Assembly (NCBI GenBank): GCA_002923395.1
Contig: BEIK01000002.1
Location: 1,965 to 65,964, forward strand
Direction of reading: 5' to 3'
From: a bacterium HR34
GTDB lineage: Bacteria; Patescibacteriota; Minisyncoccia; Minisyncoccales; HRBIN34
DNA length: 64,000 nt
The translations under genes were made by a program, and so were the position numbers. Below, one piece after another: positions 10,647 through 20,538 of the stretch. The notes under the pieces are model-generated. The model was given only the letters and a program-made list of their open reading frames with translations. It did no database searches and was not told where the DNA came from. The first letter of the stretch is position 1. Each line of letters begins with the position of its first letter.

Positions 10647-11501
10647 ATGGAGCTAGAAAATAGTGTCTTAAATCAAAATAATAGTGAAAATAATAAAGTA
10701 GAGAGTGTTGTTACTAAAAAAGAACACAAATGTGCATGTGGTTCTTTAAAATTTGTTTTTCACTTAATTGGTATATTAATAATTTCAGCCTCAATTTTAA
10801 TAAGTTCATATATGATTTCCTCTAAAATAGAAAAGTTGAGTAGCTTGCAAATCTCTGCAAGTTCTGAGCAGAATTCTGGGCGAAATAATCAAGCCCAAAA
10901 TAACGGTGATTATGGTATTCCTAATTTTAGAACAAATAAAATTGACCCGAGCGTTATAACAGAAAATCAAGATCCTTTTATTGGAGAAAAAGACGCTTCT
11001 TTAACAATTTATTATTGGTTTGATTATCAATGTCCGTTTTGCAAAAAATTTGATTTAGAAACCCTGCCTTTAATAATACAAGACTATGTTAATAAAGGTA
11101 AAGTAAGAATAGTGTTTAAAGATTTTCAATTTTTAGGTGAAGATTCTACAACTGCTGCCTTGGTTGGAAATGCCATTTGGAATTTATATCCTGATAAATA
11201 TTTTGCATGGCATAAAAAGATGTTTGAAGTGCAGGATCAAGAAAATGGGGGATTTGGGAATATGGAATCTATAATGAACTTAATAGAAGATGAGATGCCA
11301 GGATTAGACACGAAAGCGATACAAGATTTTATAAATAAAAACAAAGAAGATATCCTCAATGAAATAAAAGAAGATATGCAAGAAGGGGCTAAGGTTGGCG
11401 TAGGGGGAACTCCATCTTTTGTTATGGGCGACGAGGCTTTCTCAGGCGCTTTGCCTTATAAAATATTTCAAATTATTATAGACAAAAAACTAAACAAGTA
11501 G
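10647..11501 (+). CDS. Membrane-anchored DsbA-family thioredoxin-fold protein
   Basis: TM helix, DYQCPFC active site and GTP cis-proline motif. Confidence 0.92.
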   Translation: MELENSVLNQNNSENNKVESVVTKKEHKCACGSLKFVFHLIGILIISASILISSYMISSKIEKLSSLQISASSEQNSGRNNQAQNNGDYGIPNFRTNKIDPSVITENQDPFIGEKDASLTIYYWFDYQCPFCKKFDLETLPLIIQDYVNKGKVRIVFKDFQFLGEDSTTAALVGNAIWNLYPDKYFAWHKKMFEVQDQENGGFGNMESIMNLIEDEMPGLDTKAIQDFINKNKEDILNEIKEDMQEGAKVGVGGTPSFVMGDEAFSGALPYKIFQIIIDKKLNK

Positions 11502-11507
11502 TTAGTT

Positions 11508-12035
11508 ATGAAAAAAGTATTTCTTTTTCTTAAAGAGACTTTTTCGAAAAGAAAATACTCTGCTACTTTTGTATTTACATCTTTTGTTGTTTTTCTTTTT
11601 TTTCTTTGGACGCCGAATTTAAGTTTTATTTTTGGTTTTCTTTCTTCGCCTGAATATACTCTACCTGATAAAATCTCTTTCTTTTTTGAGTATTTTAAAG
11701 TTTTTCCAAGTAGTTTTTCAACATTATCTCAAATTACAACAATTATAATATCTTTGCTTGTTGGTTTGAACAGCGCTTTAATAGTTAGATTTTTAGATAG
11801 TTTAAGAAAAATAGATAGGACCTGCTCAGTTAAAACAGGTGTTGGCTTTTTTGCTGGATTTTTAGGAATTGGTTGTTCTTCTTGTGGCTCATTTGTTTTA
11901 TCTTTAATCTTTGGAGCAGGAGTATCTTCAAGTATATTGGCTAATTTGCCGTTCTCAGGTCAGGAGTTTGCTTTTGCTTCCATTGCTTTGTTGTCGTTTT
12001 CTGTGATTTCTTTTTACAAAAAGTTAAGTTTTTAA
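11508..12035 (+). CDS. Multi-pass membrane protein with a GCxxC motif
   Basis: About four hydrophobic helices; IGCSSCGS. Confidence 0.7.
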   Translation: MKKVFLFLKETFSKRKYSATFVFTSFVVFLFFLWTPNLSFIFGFLSSPEYTLPDKISFFFEYFKVFPSSFSTLSQITTIIISLLVGLNSALIVRFLDSLRKIDRTCSVKTGVGFFAGFLGIGCSSCGSFVLSLIFGAGVSSSILANLPFSGQEFAFASIALLSFSVISFYKKLSF

Positions 12036-12039
12036 AACT

Positions 12040-12987
12040 ATGCAAAAAGAAAAAATATACGATGTTTTAATAGTTGGAGGAGGGCCTGCCGGAGTTGCAG
12101 CAGGAATTTACTGCGCAAGGAAAAAATTAGATACAATTTTGATTACTGATAATTTTGGTGGACAGTCTATTGTTTCTAATAAAATAGAAAACTGGATAGG
12201 TGAGATAGAAATATCAGGTTATGAACTCGCAAAAAAATTAGAGGCACATTTAAGACGTTTTTCAGATTCAATTGATATTATTACAGGCGACTTGGTTTTA
12301 AAAATAGAAAAGGAAGATTTAAGCGATAAGACAATTTTTATTTCTAAAACTCAAAAAGGAGATGTTTTTAAGAGTAAAACAGTAATAGTTTGCAGTGGTG
12401 GAAGAAGGAGAAAATTAGAGGTTCCCGGTGAAAAAAAATTTGAAGGAAAAGGTGTTTTTTATTGCGCAACATGCGACGCTCCTTTAATGAAAGATAAAAA
12501 AGTTTTGGTTGTTGGTGGTGGCAATGCTGGTTTAGAGGCTGCTCTTGAACTTTTTTCTTTTGCAAAAGAAGTTTATATAGCAGAAAGATCCGATAAATTA
12601 AAAGGAGATCCTATAACAAGAGAAAAGGTTTTGGCAAACAAAAAACTAAAAGAAATTTTTTATAATACAGAAGTCCAAGAAATTAAAGGTAATAAGTTTG
12701 TTGAAAGTGTTTTGCTCAAAAACAACAAAACAGGAGAAAGTAAAGAATTTCAAGTAGACGGAGTTTTTGTGGAAATAGGGTCTGTGCCAAATTCTGAGAT
12801 AATAGATTTCGTTGAAAAAAATAAATACGGCGAGATAATTGTTGATTCAAAATACGGCACAACATCTTTTCCAGGTATTTTTGCAGCAGGCGATGTTACA
12901 GATGATCCTTTCAAGCAAAATAATATTGCAGCTGGTGATGCCATAAAATGCGCCCTCTCTGCTTTTAATTATCTGCAAAAAGAGTAA
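12040..12987 (+). CDS. trxB: Thioredoxin reductase-like FAD-dependent disulfide reductase
   Basis: GGGPAG, YCATCD, GGGNAG and FAAGD motifs. Confidence 0.9.
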   Translation: MQKEKIYDVLIVGGGPAGVAAGIYCARKKLDTILITDNFGGQSIVSNKIENWIGEIEISGYELAKKLEAHLRRFSDSIDIITGDLVLKIEKEDLSDKTIFISKTQKGDVFKSKTVIVCSGGRRRKLEVPGEKKFEGKGVFYCATCDAPLMKDKKVLVVGGGNAGLEAALELFSFAKEVYIAERSDKLKGDPITREKVLANKKLKEIFYNTEVQEIKGNKFVESVLLKNNKTGESKEFQVDGVFVEIGSVPNSEIIDFVEKNKYGEIIVDSKYGTTSFPGIFAAGDVTDDPFKQNNIAAGDAIKCALSAFNYLQKE

Positions 12988-12998
12988 AATTTCTCTTT

Positions 12999-13027
12999 TT
13001 GACTTTTATTTAATTTTATTCTAAAGT
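12999..13027 (+). promoter_or_regulatory. Sigma70-type promoter upstream of murA
   Basis: TTGACT-N17-TAAAGT. Confidence 0.55.
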
Positions 13028-13056
13028 AAAGTATAACCTATTTTAAAATTGCTTTT

Positions 13057-14331
13057 ATGGAAGACGTTTTATTAATAAAAGGCGGTAATAAGATAACAGG
13101 TTCTATTGAGGTGAGAGGGGCAAAAAATTCTGCCTTTGCTGTTTTGTTTGCAAGTTTGCTTACAAAAGAACCCATAATTGTCGACAATTTGCCTTTAATA
13201 GAGGATGTTTTTAGAAGTTTAGAGTTGCTAAAAAGTGTTGGCGCTGATATTGAGTGGCTTGACGAGAGAAAAGTGAGAATTCATGCAAAAAACATAGACG
13301 GCAGTAAAATTGATGATAACATAGTTTGTAAATTTAGAGGGTCTGTTTTGATGATGGGCGCCTTACTTGCAAGGGAAGGAAAGGTCTCAATGAAAACTCC
13401 TGGTGGATGTATTATTGGCGTAAGGCCAATTGATACTCATTTAGATGTTTTTTCTCAAATGGGTTGCAGAGTAGAATTTTATAAGAGAAAATACAGAATA
13501 TCTTTCAAAGGTAAAAAATATGTCCCAAAAGAAGTTATATTAAATGAGCTTAGTGTTACAGCAACTGAAAACGCAATTTTGTTTGCGAGTTCTTTACCCA
13601 AGAAAACAATAATAAAATTTGCTGACTTTGATTATCCTGTTCAATCTTTGGTGTCAGCTCTAAGGAAAGCCGGTGTTAAAATAAAATTTGTTCCAAAACA
13701 CCATACAATAGAAGTTGAGGGTTCCAAAAAAATAAAAGGTTTTAATTTTACTTTACCTCAAGACCCTCTTGAAACAGGGAGTTTTATTTTGTTGATAGCA
13801 AGCGTCAAAGGAGACGCTTTGGTGAAAAATATAAATTTAGAAATGAGCGAGCTTTTGTTAAAAAAACTTAAAAGTTTTGGTTTGGAGTTTGTCATTATTG
13901 ATAACAAACATATAAGGATTTTGCCATGGAAAACATTAAAAATAGATAAAGTACAGGCTTTGCCATATCCTGGCTTGTCGGTGGATTTGCTATCTTCTTT
14001 TGGAGTTTTGGCAACTCAGACGCCTGGCCCTACTTTGTTACATGATCCTTTGTATGAAGGAAGATTTAAATATTTGGAGGAATTAAACAAAATGGGCGCT
14101 GAAATATATTTAGCAGATCCTCATAGAGCAATTGTAAATGGTCCTTCAAAATTAGAAGGAGCTGACCTTCTAAATTATGATTTAAGGGGTGGATTTGCAC
14201 TTATAACGGCGGGTGTGATAGCAAAAGGGAAAACGACAATTAAAAATGTTTATCAGATATACAGAGGTTATGAGAATATAGAAGAAAGATTAAAAGGTTT
14301 GGGTGTAGATATAAAAACAATAAAAGTATAA
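13057..14331 (+). CDS. murA: UDP-N-acetylglucosamine 1-carboxyvinyltransferase
   Basis: GAKNS, PGGCIIGVRPID.H, SVTATEN and DLRGG motifs. Confidence 0.95.
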   Translation: MEDVLLIKGGNKITGSIEVRGAKNSAFAVLFASLLTKEPIIVDNLPLIEDVFRSLELLKSVGADIEWLDERKVRIHAKNIDGSKIDDNIVCKFRGSVLMMGALLAREGKVSMKTPGGCIIGVRPIDTHLDVFSQMGCRVEFYKRKYRISFKGKKYVPKEVILNELSVTATENAILFASSLPKKTIIKFADFDYPVQSLVSALRKAGVKIKFVPKHHTIEVEGSKKIKGFNFTLPQDPLETGSFILLIASVKGDALVKNINLEMSELLLKKLKSFGLEFVIIDNKHIRILPWKTLKIDKVQALPYPGLSVDLLSSFGVLATQTPGPTLLHDPLYEGRFKYLEELNKMGAEIYLADPHRAIVNGPSKLEGADLLNYDLRGGFALITAGVIAKGKTTIKNVYQIYRGYENIEERLKGLGVDIKTIKV

Positions 14332-14336
14332 AGCAT

Positions 14337-15341
14337 ATGAGTTTTTTTATTACAAAAATAGGAATAGATTTAGGTACTTGTAATTCACGTATTTTTGTTC
14401 CAGAAAAAGGGGTAGTTTTACAGGAGCCTTCGGTTATTGCTGTGTCGGAGAAAGAAAATAAAATACTGGCGGTTGGCAATGAGGCAAAAGAGATGATAGG
14501 CAAAACTCCGGAAGACATAAATGTTTACAGGCCCCTTAAGGATGGCGTGATAGCAGATTTTAGAATAACTCATGCGATGTTTAGATACTTTTTAAAAAAG
14601 GTCTTACCACGTTATCAGTTTTTGAAACCAGAAGTTGTTGTCTCTGTTCCAGCAGGAATAAGTTCGACAGAAAAAAGGGCAGTGGCAGAGGCAGCAAGAT
14701 TGGCTGGTGCGAAAAATGTTTATTTAGTAAAGGAGCCATTGCTCGCTGCTATTGGAGCAGGTCTTCCAGTGCAAGAGTGCACAGGTAGCATGATAGTAAA
14801 CATAGGCGGAGGGACAACAGAGGTTGCGATAATATCGCTTGGAGGTTTAGTTTCTTTCCAGTCAATAAAATTTGCAGGTGATAAAATGGATTTGGCAATT
14901 GCATCTTATATTAAGAAAAAAAAGAATTTAGCAATAGGCCAGCAAACAGCAGAATTTATAAAAAAGGAAATAGGAACAGCAATTGTTGAAAAGTCGCCCA
15001 AGTTCATAGAAATAAAAGGAAACGATCTTGCAACAGGTCTTCCAAAAGCAATAAAGGTTTCTTCAAATGAAATAGCAGAAAGCATAAAAGATGTTTTAGA
15101 TGAAATTGTCAAAGCAGTAAAACAAGTTTTAAGAGATACGCCACCTGAACTTTCAGCCGATATTATAGATAAAGGAATTATTATTTCAGGAGGAGGGGCT
15201 TTATTGAGGAACATAGATACATATTTAACAAACGAAGTTCATATTCCATGCTTTGTTGCTGAGGATTCTTTTTATTGTGTGGTTAAGGGAACAGGAGAAA
15301 TAATAAAAAAATTAGACGAGTACAAAAGAAGTATATCTTAA
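14337..15341 (+). CDS. mreB: Rod shape-determining protein MreB/Mbl (copy 1)
   Basis: IGIDLGT, EPSV, RPLKDGVIADF, IGGGTTE and GGGALL motifs. Confidence 0.95.
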   Translation: MSFFITKIGIDLGTCNSRIFVPEKGVVLQEPSVIAVSEKENKILAVGNEAKEMIGKTPEDINVYRPLKDGVIADFRITHAMFRYFLKKVLPRYQFLKPEVVVSVPAGISSTEKRAVAEAARLAGAKNVYLVKEPLLAAIGAGLPVQECTGSMIVNIGGGTTEVAIISLGGLVSFQSIKFAGDKMDLAIASYIKKKKNLAIGQQTAEFIKKEIGTAIVEKSPKFIEIKGNDLATGLPKAIKVSSNEIAESIKDVLDEIVKAVKQVLRDTPPELSADIIDKGIIISGGGALLRNIDTYLTNEVHIPCFVAEDSFYCVVKGTGEIIKKLDEYKRSIS

Positions 15342-15343
15342 AG

Positions 15344-16264
15344 ATGACAATAGGACATAAAAAACAAATTGAAATACTTAACAATTTCCTTAAAAAGGGA
15401 TATATCCCTCATGCTTTTTTATTTCTTGGTCCTTCTAATATTGGAAAAACTACAGTTGCCAAATTTTTCGCCAAAAAGATTTTATGCCTTCAGAATAAAA
15501 ATAATAGTTGTAATTGTTTGAGTTGTGAGAGTTTTCAAAGGTCTTTGCATCCTGATTTTTTCATAATTGACGCTGAGACAGAAATAAAAATACGAGACAT
15601 AAAAGAAATTGAAAGTTTTTTATCAACGAAACCGTATATTAGTAAGAATAAAGTTGTTATTTTAGCAAACGCTGATTTAATGAATTTTTTTGCTCAAAAT
15701 GCTTTTTTGAAAACATTAGAAGAACCGCCTCAAAATTCCACAATAATATTAACGGCAAGCGATATTAACAAGTTTTTGCCAACAGTTCTTTCAAGATTAT
15801 TAAAAATAAAATTTTATTTAGTTGACGATAACGATATTAAAAAATCTTTGGATTTGAAAAATTTATCAAAAGAAGATGTTAATTTTGTTTTTAAAATGGC
15901 TGGTGGGAGGCCTGGTAAAATTATAGAATTAATTGAAAACAAAGAAAAACTTTTAAAGTTTAAGAGATTAGCAAAAGAGATTTTAAATTTAAAAAACAGA
16001 TCGTTAGCTCAAAGATTTAGTTATACTGCAGGTTTGATAAAAGAAATGGATATTAACAACACGAACAAAAATCAATTATTTGAATTATTAGAAATATGGA
16101 TTAGAATAATAAGATATAACCTTGTCTTGGATTTTGTAAAAGATAAGAGTTTAAATAAAAAAGAACTTTCAGCACTTTTTGCTATGGAAAAGGTTTACAG
16201 GCTTTTGAAAATGAGTAATTTAAATATAAAAATAGCGTTTAATTATTTAATGTTAAATATATGA
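15344..16264 (+). CDS. holB: DNA polymerase III delta' subunit
   Basis: HAFLF.GP...GK, C..C.SC, HPDF, NAFLKTLEEP and TVLSR motifs. Confidence 0.92.
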   Translation: MTIGHKKQIEILNNFLKKGYIPHAFLFLGPSNIGKTTVAKFFAKKILCLQNKNNSCNCLSCESFQRSLHPDFFIIDAETEIKIRDIKEIESFLSTKPYISKNKVVILANADLMNFFAQNAFLKTLEEPPQNSTIILTASDINKFLPTVLSRLLKIKFYLVDDNDIKKSLDLKNLSKEDVNFVFKMAGGRPGKIIELIENKEKLLKFKRLAKEILNLKNRSLAQRFSYTAGLIKEMDINNTNKNQLFELLEIWIRIIRYNLVLDFVKDKSLNKKELSALFAMEKVYRLLKMSNLNIKIAFNYLMLNI

Positions 16265-16821
16265 ATAAAATAGATGAAATAATTAAAAACTTTAATAAAA
16301 AAACAGGAGATATTATAAATTCCTTTAAAGAAGAATTAAAAAAAATAAGAACCGGAAGAGTTTCAACAGCTTTAATAGAAGATGTTATAGTTGAGGTGTC
16401 GGGTGCAAGAATGCCGCTTAAAAGTTTGGGTTCTATTAATGTTGTTGGACCAAGACAATTAAGTGTTCAACCGTGGGATAGTTCTTATTTAAAGGCAATT
16501 GAAAAGGCTTTGCAGGAGAAAAATTTAGGCTTGGTAAAGATTCAAGAAAATTTAGTTTATTTATCCTTACCAGAGTTAACTCAGGAATATAGAGAAAAGT
16601 TAATTAAAGAACTAAAGGCAATAAAAGAGCAAACAAGAGAAAAAATTAGAAGAGAAAGAGATGATGTTTTAAGGGATATTCAAAAAAAAGAGAAGGAAAA
16701 AGAAATAAGCGAAACAGACAAATTTAAAGGGAAAGAAAAAGTAGACGAGATTACAAAAGAGAGCAATGAAAAAATAGAAGAAATTTACAAACAAAAGGAG
16801 CAGGAGATAACATTGTTATAG
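16261..16821 (+). CDS. frr: Ribosome recycling factor
   Basis: IRTGR, QPWD and P.LT.E.R motifs. Confidence 0.95.
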   Translation: MNKIDEIIKNFNKKTGDIINSFKEELKKIRTGRVSTALIEDVIVEVSGARMPLKSLGSINVVGPRQLSVQPWDSSYLKAIEKALQEKNLGLVKIQENLVYLSLPELTQEYREKLIKELKAIKEQTREKIRRERDDVLRDIQKKEKEKEISETDKFKGKEKVDEITKESNEKIEEIYKQKEQEITLL

Positions 16822-16824
16822 AAT

Positions 16825-17913
16825 ATGGACATCATAAACATAATAATAGCTCTTTTAAGTTTTATATTTTTATTGGTTGCTCATGAGTTTGGACATTTTT
16901 ATATTGCTAAAAAATTTGGCATTAAAATCTTAGAGTTTGGAATTGGTTTGCCACCAAGAATAATTGGCAAAAAAATAGGCGATACAATTTATTCAATCAA
17001 CGCCATTCCTTTTGGTGCTTTTGTGAAAATGTTAGGAGAAGATCCTCAAGATGAAACAAAAGACTCTGCAAGTTTCTCCCAAAAGCCGATTTACCAAAGG
17101 ATTTTGGTTGTTTTGGGAGGAGTTTTGGCTTTTTGGATTTTAGCTTTTGTTTTGCTAAGTGCTCAAAATTTTATAGGAGCCATAAAAGTTGATAATACAG
17201 ATAAAGTAATTCCTAACTCTCGAATAATAATAGATGATGTTCTAGACAACTCTCCAGCAAAGGAAAGTGGTGTAAAACCTTTTAGTGAAATTTTATACGC
17301 AAAAGAAGATGATAAGGTTTATTACTTTAATAATGTAAAAGAATTTATAGAATTTGTTTCTAAAAGACCAAACAAAGAATTTATATTAGCAGTGAAAGAA
17401 CCAGTAGGAAAAGAAAAAGAATTTATCATAAAGCCAAGACTTTTAGAAAATGAGGGAAGAGGAATTATTGGAGTTCAAATAATAAGAACTTATTTTGAAA
17501 AAACTCCTTTACATATGGCTTTTATAAGAGGAGCGCAAGACACTTATTATTTAACCAAATCGGTTATTGTTGGAATTTATGATTTAATATCAAAAGCTTC
17601 AAAAGGGGAAAATGTGCAAGATTATGTTGCAGGACCCCCAAAGATATTTAAATTATTTACTGAGTATGCATCATCTTCTTTAACTGAATACTTGAGATTT
17701 ATTGCTGTGATAGCTATAAGTCTTGCTGTGATTAATATTCTGCCAATACCAGCCCTTGATGGAGGAAAAATTGTATTTTTAATTATAGAAGCAATAATAG
17801 GAAAGCCGGTAAATAGGGAGTGGGAGGCGAAAATAACGACATTCTTTTTCTTTTTGTTGTTAGGTTTAATAACGTGGGTTTCTGTAAAAGAAATTATTGA
17901 ATTTGTAAAATAA
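16825..17913 (+). CDS. rseP: RIP metalloprotease RseP (M50, PDZ)
   Basis: HEFGH, IPFGAFVKM and N.LPIPALDGG motifs. Confidence 0.92.
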   Translation: MDIINIIIALLSFIFLLVAHEFGHFYIAKKFGIKILEFGIGLPPRIIGKKIGDTIYSINAIPFGAFVKMLGEDPQDETKDSASFSQKPIYQRILVVLGGVLAFWILAFVLLSAQNFIGAIKVDNTDKVIPNSRIIIDDVLDNSPAKESGVKPFSEILYAKEDDKVYYFNNVKEFIEFVSKRPNKEFILAVKEPVGKEKEFIIKPRLLENEGRGIIGVQIIRTYFEKTPLHMAFIRGAQDTYYLTKSVIVGIYDLISKASKGENVQDYVAGPPKIFKLFTEYASSSLTEYLRFIAVIAISLAVINILPIPALDGGKIVFLIIEAIIGKPVNREWEAKITTFFFFLLLGLITWVSVKEIIEFVK

Positions 17914-17917
17914 AAAT

Positions 17918-19162
17918 ATGCTTCAGTCAAAACTTTTTTATATAACTCAAAAAGATTTGTCAGAAAGTTTTGTGGTTCCTTCTCACAAATTTTTAGTTAA
18001 GTCAGGTTATATAGTTCAGTTGGCAGCAGGGGTGTATATTTTTACGCCTTTGGGCTGGAAAGTTCACAGAAAAATAGAAAATATTATAAGAGAAGAAATG
18101 GAAAACATTGGTGCACAAGAAATTCATATGCCAAGTTTAATAAACAAAGAGCTTTGGGAAGAGACAAACAGATGGAAGACAATAGACCCTCCTTTGTTTC
18201 AAGTTAAAGATAGGCACGATAAATTATTTGGTTTAGGATCAACTCACGAAGAAGTTATAGTTTTTTTGGCAAGAAAAAAGCAGCTATCTTACAAAGATTT
18301 GCCTTTTAGCTTGTTTCAAATACAAAATAAATTCAGAAATGAATTAAGAGCGCAGGCAGGGCTTTTAAGGACAAGAGAATTTTATATGAAAGATTTATAT
18401 AGTTTCCACAGATCTAAAGAAGATTTTAAACCATTTTATGAAAGAGTAAAAGAAGCCTATTTTAAGATATTTAAAAGATGCGGTATAAAACCAATATTAG
18501 TTGATGCTGATCCCGGAACAATAGGAGGCGAATTTTCTCATGAATTTATGGTAGAAGATGAAGTTGGCGAAGACAGAATATATTTTTGCAGAAAATGTTA
18601 TACAGGAATAAATATCGAAAAAGGAAAAGAGTTAAAATGTAAAAATTGCGGAGGTGATATGAGCTATGTTAATTCAATAGAAATAGCCCACATCTTTTAT
18701 TTGGGAGAAATATACTCCAAGAAAATGAATTTACTATTTCAAGATAAAGACGGTAGTAAAAAATATGTAATAATGGGGTGCTATGGAATTGGCTTGGGAA
18801 GGTTAATGGCTACAATTGTTCAAAAATTTTTAACAGACAAGGGAATTTTATGGCCAGATCAGATCTCTCCTTTTGATGTTCATGTAATAGAAATAAAAAG
18901 CAAAGCAAAAAAAGTTAGAGAAGTTGCGAAAAATATATATAATTTATTAAGTAAGGAAAAAATTGATGTTCTTTATGATGATAGAGAAAAATCAGCCGGA
19001 GAAAAGTTTTTTGATGCTGATTATATAGGTGTGCCAAGGAGGGTTGTTGTTTCTGAGAGAGGAGTAAAAGATAATGTTGTTGAAGTAAAAGTAAAGGATA
19101 AAATTAAAAAAGTAAAAATAAAAGATTTTAATAAAAACTTTAAAAAATATTTAAGTTTGTAA
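17918..19162 (+). CDS. proS: Proline--tRNA ligase, short form without the INS editing domain
   Basis: THEE, KFRNE.R, R.REF.MKD.YSF and MGCYGIG motifs; 414 aa. Confidence 0.95.
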   Translation: MLQSKLFYITQKDLSESFVVPSHKFLVKSGYIVQLAAGVYIFTPLGWKVHRKIENIIREEMENIGAQEIHMPSLINKELWEETNRWKTIDPPLFQVKDRHDKLFGLGSTHEEVIVFLARKKQLSYKDLPFSLFQIQNKFRNELRAQAGLLRTREFYMKDLYSFHRSKEDFKPFYERVKEAYFKIFKRCGIKPILVDADPGTIGGEFSHEFMVEDEVGEDRIYFCRKCYTGINIEKGKELKCKNCGGDMSYVNSIEIAHIFYLGEIYSKKMNLLFQDKDGSKKYVIMGCYGIGLGRLMATIVQKFLTDKGILWPDQISPFDVHVIEIKSKAKKVREVAKNIYNLLSKEKIDVLYDDREKSAGEKFFDADYIGVPRRVVVSERGVKDNVVEVKVKDKIKKVKIKDFNKNFKKYLSL

Positions 19163-19166
19163 TTTT

Positions 19167-20216
19167 ATGAAATTTTTATCAAAGTTTTCAAAAGATATAG
19201 CAATAGATTTGGGCACCGCAACTACATTAGTTTATGTGAAAGGAGAGGGTATCGTTATAACAGAACCTTCTGTCGTTGCTTTAAGTGTGAAGACAGGAAA
19301 GATTGTTGCTATTGGAAGAGAGGCAAAAGAAATGGTAGGTAGAACACCAGCTCATATAGTTGCTAAAAGACCTTTAAAAGAAGGAGTAATATCAGACTTT
19401 GAAGTAACAGAGCAAATGCTAAAATATTTCATAGAAAAAGTATACAAAGGAAAGGTTTTTTCTTTTTTAGGTCCAAGAGTAATAGTTGGGATACCTTCTA
19501 ATATAACTGAAGTTGAAAAAAAAGCAGTAAAAGATGCTGCAATTTCAGCTGGAGCAAGAGAGGTTTATTTAATAGAACAACCAATGGCAGCTGCTATTGG
19601 CGCAAGGTTGCCTGTTCAAGAGGCAACGGGTAATTTTATTGTAGATATAGGAGGAGGAACAACTGATATTGCTGTTATTTCTCTGGGAGGTCTAGTGTTG
19701 TCAAATAGTATAAAAATAGCAGGCGATAAACTTACTTCTGACATAATTCATTTTGTTCAAGAAAGATATAACCTTGCTATTGGAGAGATTACAGCAGAAG
19801 AGGTGAAGATAAAGTTGGGATCTGCATGGCCAACAAAGGAGACAAAGACATTTCCTTTGAGAGGGAGAAATATAATAACAGGTTTACCAGAAGAAATTTT
19901 AATATCAGACAAAGAAATAAGAGAGGCAATGTCAAAATCAATTAAAATGATAATAGATGAAATTAAAGCAGCTCTTGATAAAACACCGCCCGAACTTATA
20001 GCTGATATTATGGTAAGAGGTATCTATTTAACAGGAGGTGGCGCTTTATTAAAAGGGCTTGATAAACTTTTATCAGAAGAAACTAAAATGCCGGTAAATA
20101 TAATAGACGATCCTTTAACTGCTGTTGTGAGGGGAGCTGGCATTGTTATAGAAAATATTGATAAACTGAGAGATGTTTTAGCAGAAGAGGAAGAACTCCA
20201 ACCACCAAAAGATTAA
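19167..20216 (+). CDS. mreB: Rod shape-determining protein MreB (copy 2)
   Basis: IAIDLGT, EPSVV, DIGGGTT and TGGGALL motifs. Confidence 0.95.
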   Translation: MKFLSKFSKDIAIDLGTATTLVYVKGEGIVITEPSVVALSVKTGKIVAIGREAKEMVGRTPAHIVAKRPLKEGVISDFEVTEQMLKYFIEKVYKGKVFSFLGPRVIVGIPSNITEVEKKAVKDAAISAGAREVYLIEQPMAAAIGARLPVQEATGNFIVDIGGGTTDIAVISLGGLVLSNSIKIAGDKLTSDIIHFVQERYNLAIGEITAEEVKIKLGSAWPTKETKTFPLRGRNIITGLPEEILISDKEIREAMSKSIKMIIDEIKAALDKTPPELIADIMVRGIYLTGGGALLKGLDKLLSEETKMPVNIIDDPLTAVVRGAGIVIENIDKLRDVLAEEEELQPPKD

Positions 20217-20236
20217 ATTTAATTAAAAATAGAAAT

Positions 20237-20533
20237 ATGGATATTGATATTAAAAACATATTAAAAATAGCAAGGATACATTTGTCGCAAGAGGAAGTTT
20301 CAAGAATTGAAAATGATTTTAAAAAAATTTTAAATTATTTTGAGGTGCTATCTGAAATTAAAACAGAAAATATTCCTCCTCTTTATCATGCTCTTGAAAG
20401 TGTAAAAAACGCCTTTAAAGATGATGAAGTTTTGTCATTAAATAGTGAAGATAGGGAAAGAATTTTATCTCAGGCTCCAATGCGGGAGAAAAACTATTTC
20501 AAAACAAGACCTGTTTTTAAAAATAATAAATAA
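20237..20533 (+). CDS. gatC: Asp/Glu-tRNA amidotransferase subunit C
   Basis: IARI.L N-terminus, AP....YF C-terminus; directly upstream of gatA. Confidence 0.88.
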   Translation: MDIDIKNILKIARIHLSQEEVSRIENDFKKILNYFEVLSEIKTENIPPLYHALESVKNAFKDDEVLSLNSEDRERILSQAPMREKNYFKTRPVFKNNK

Positions 20534-20538
20534 TTTTT

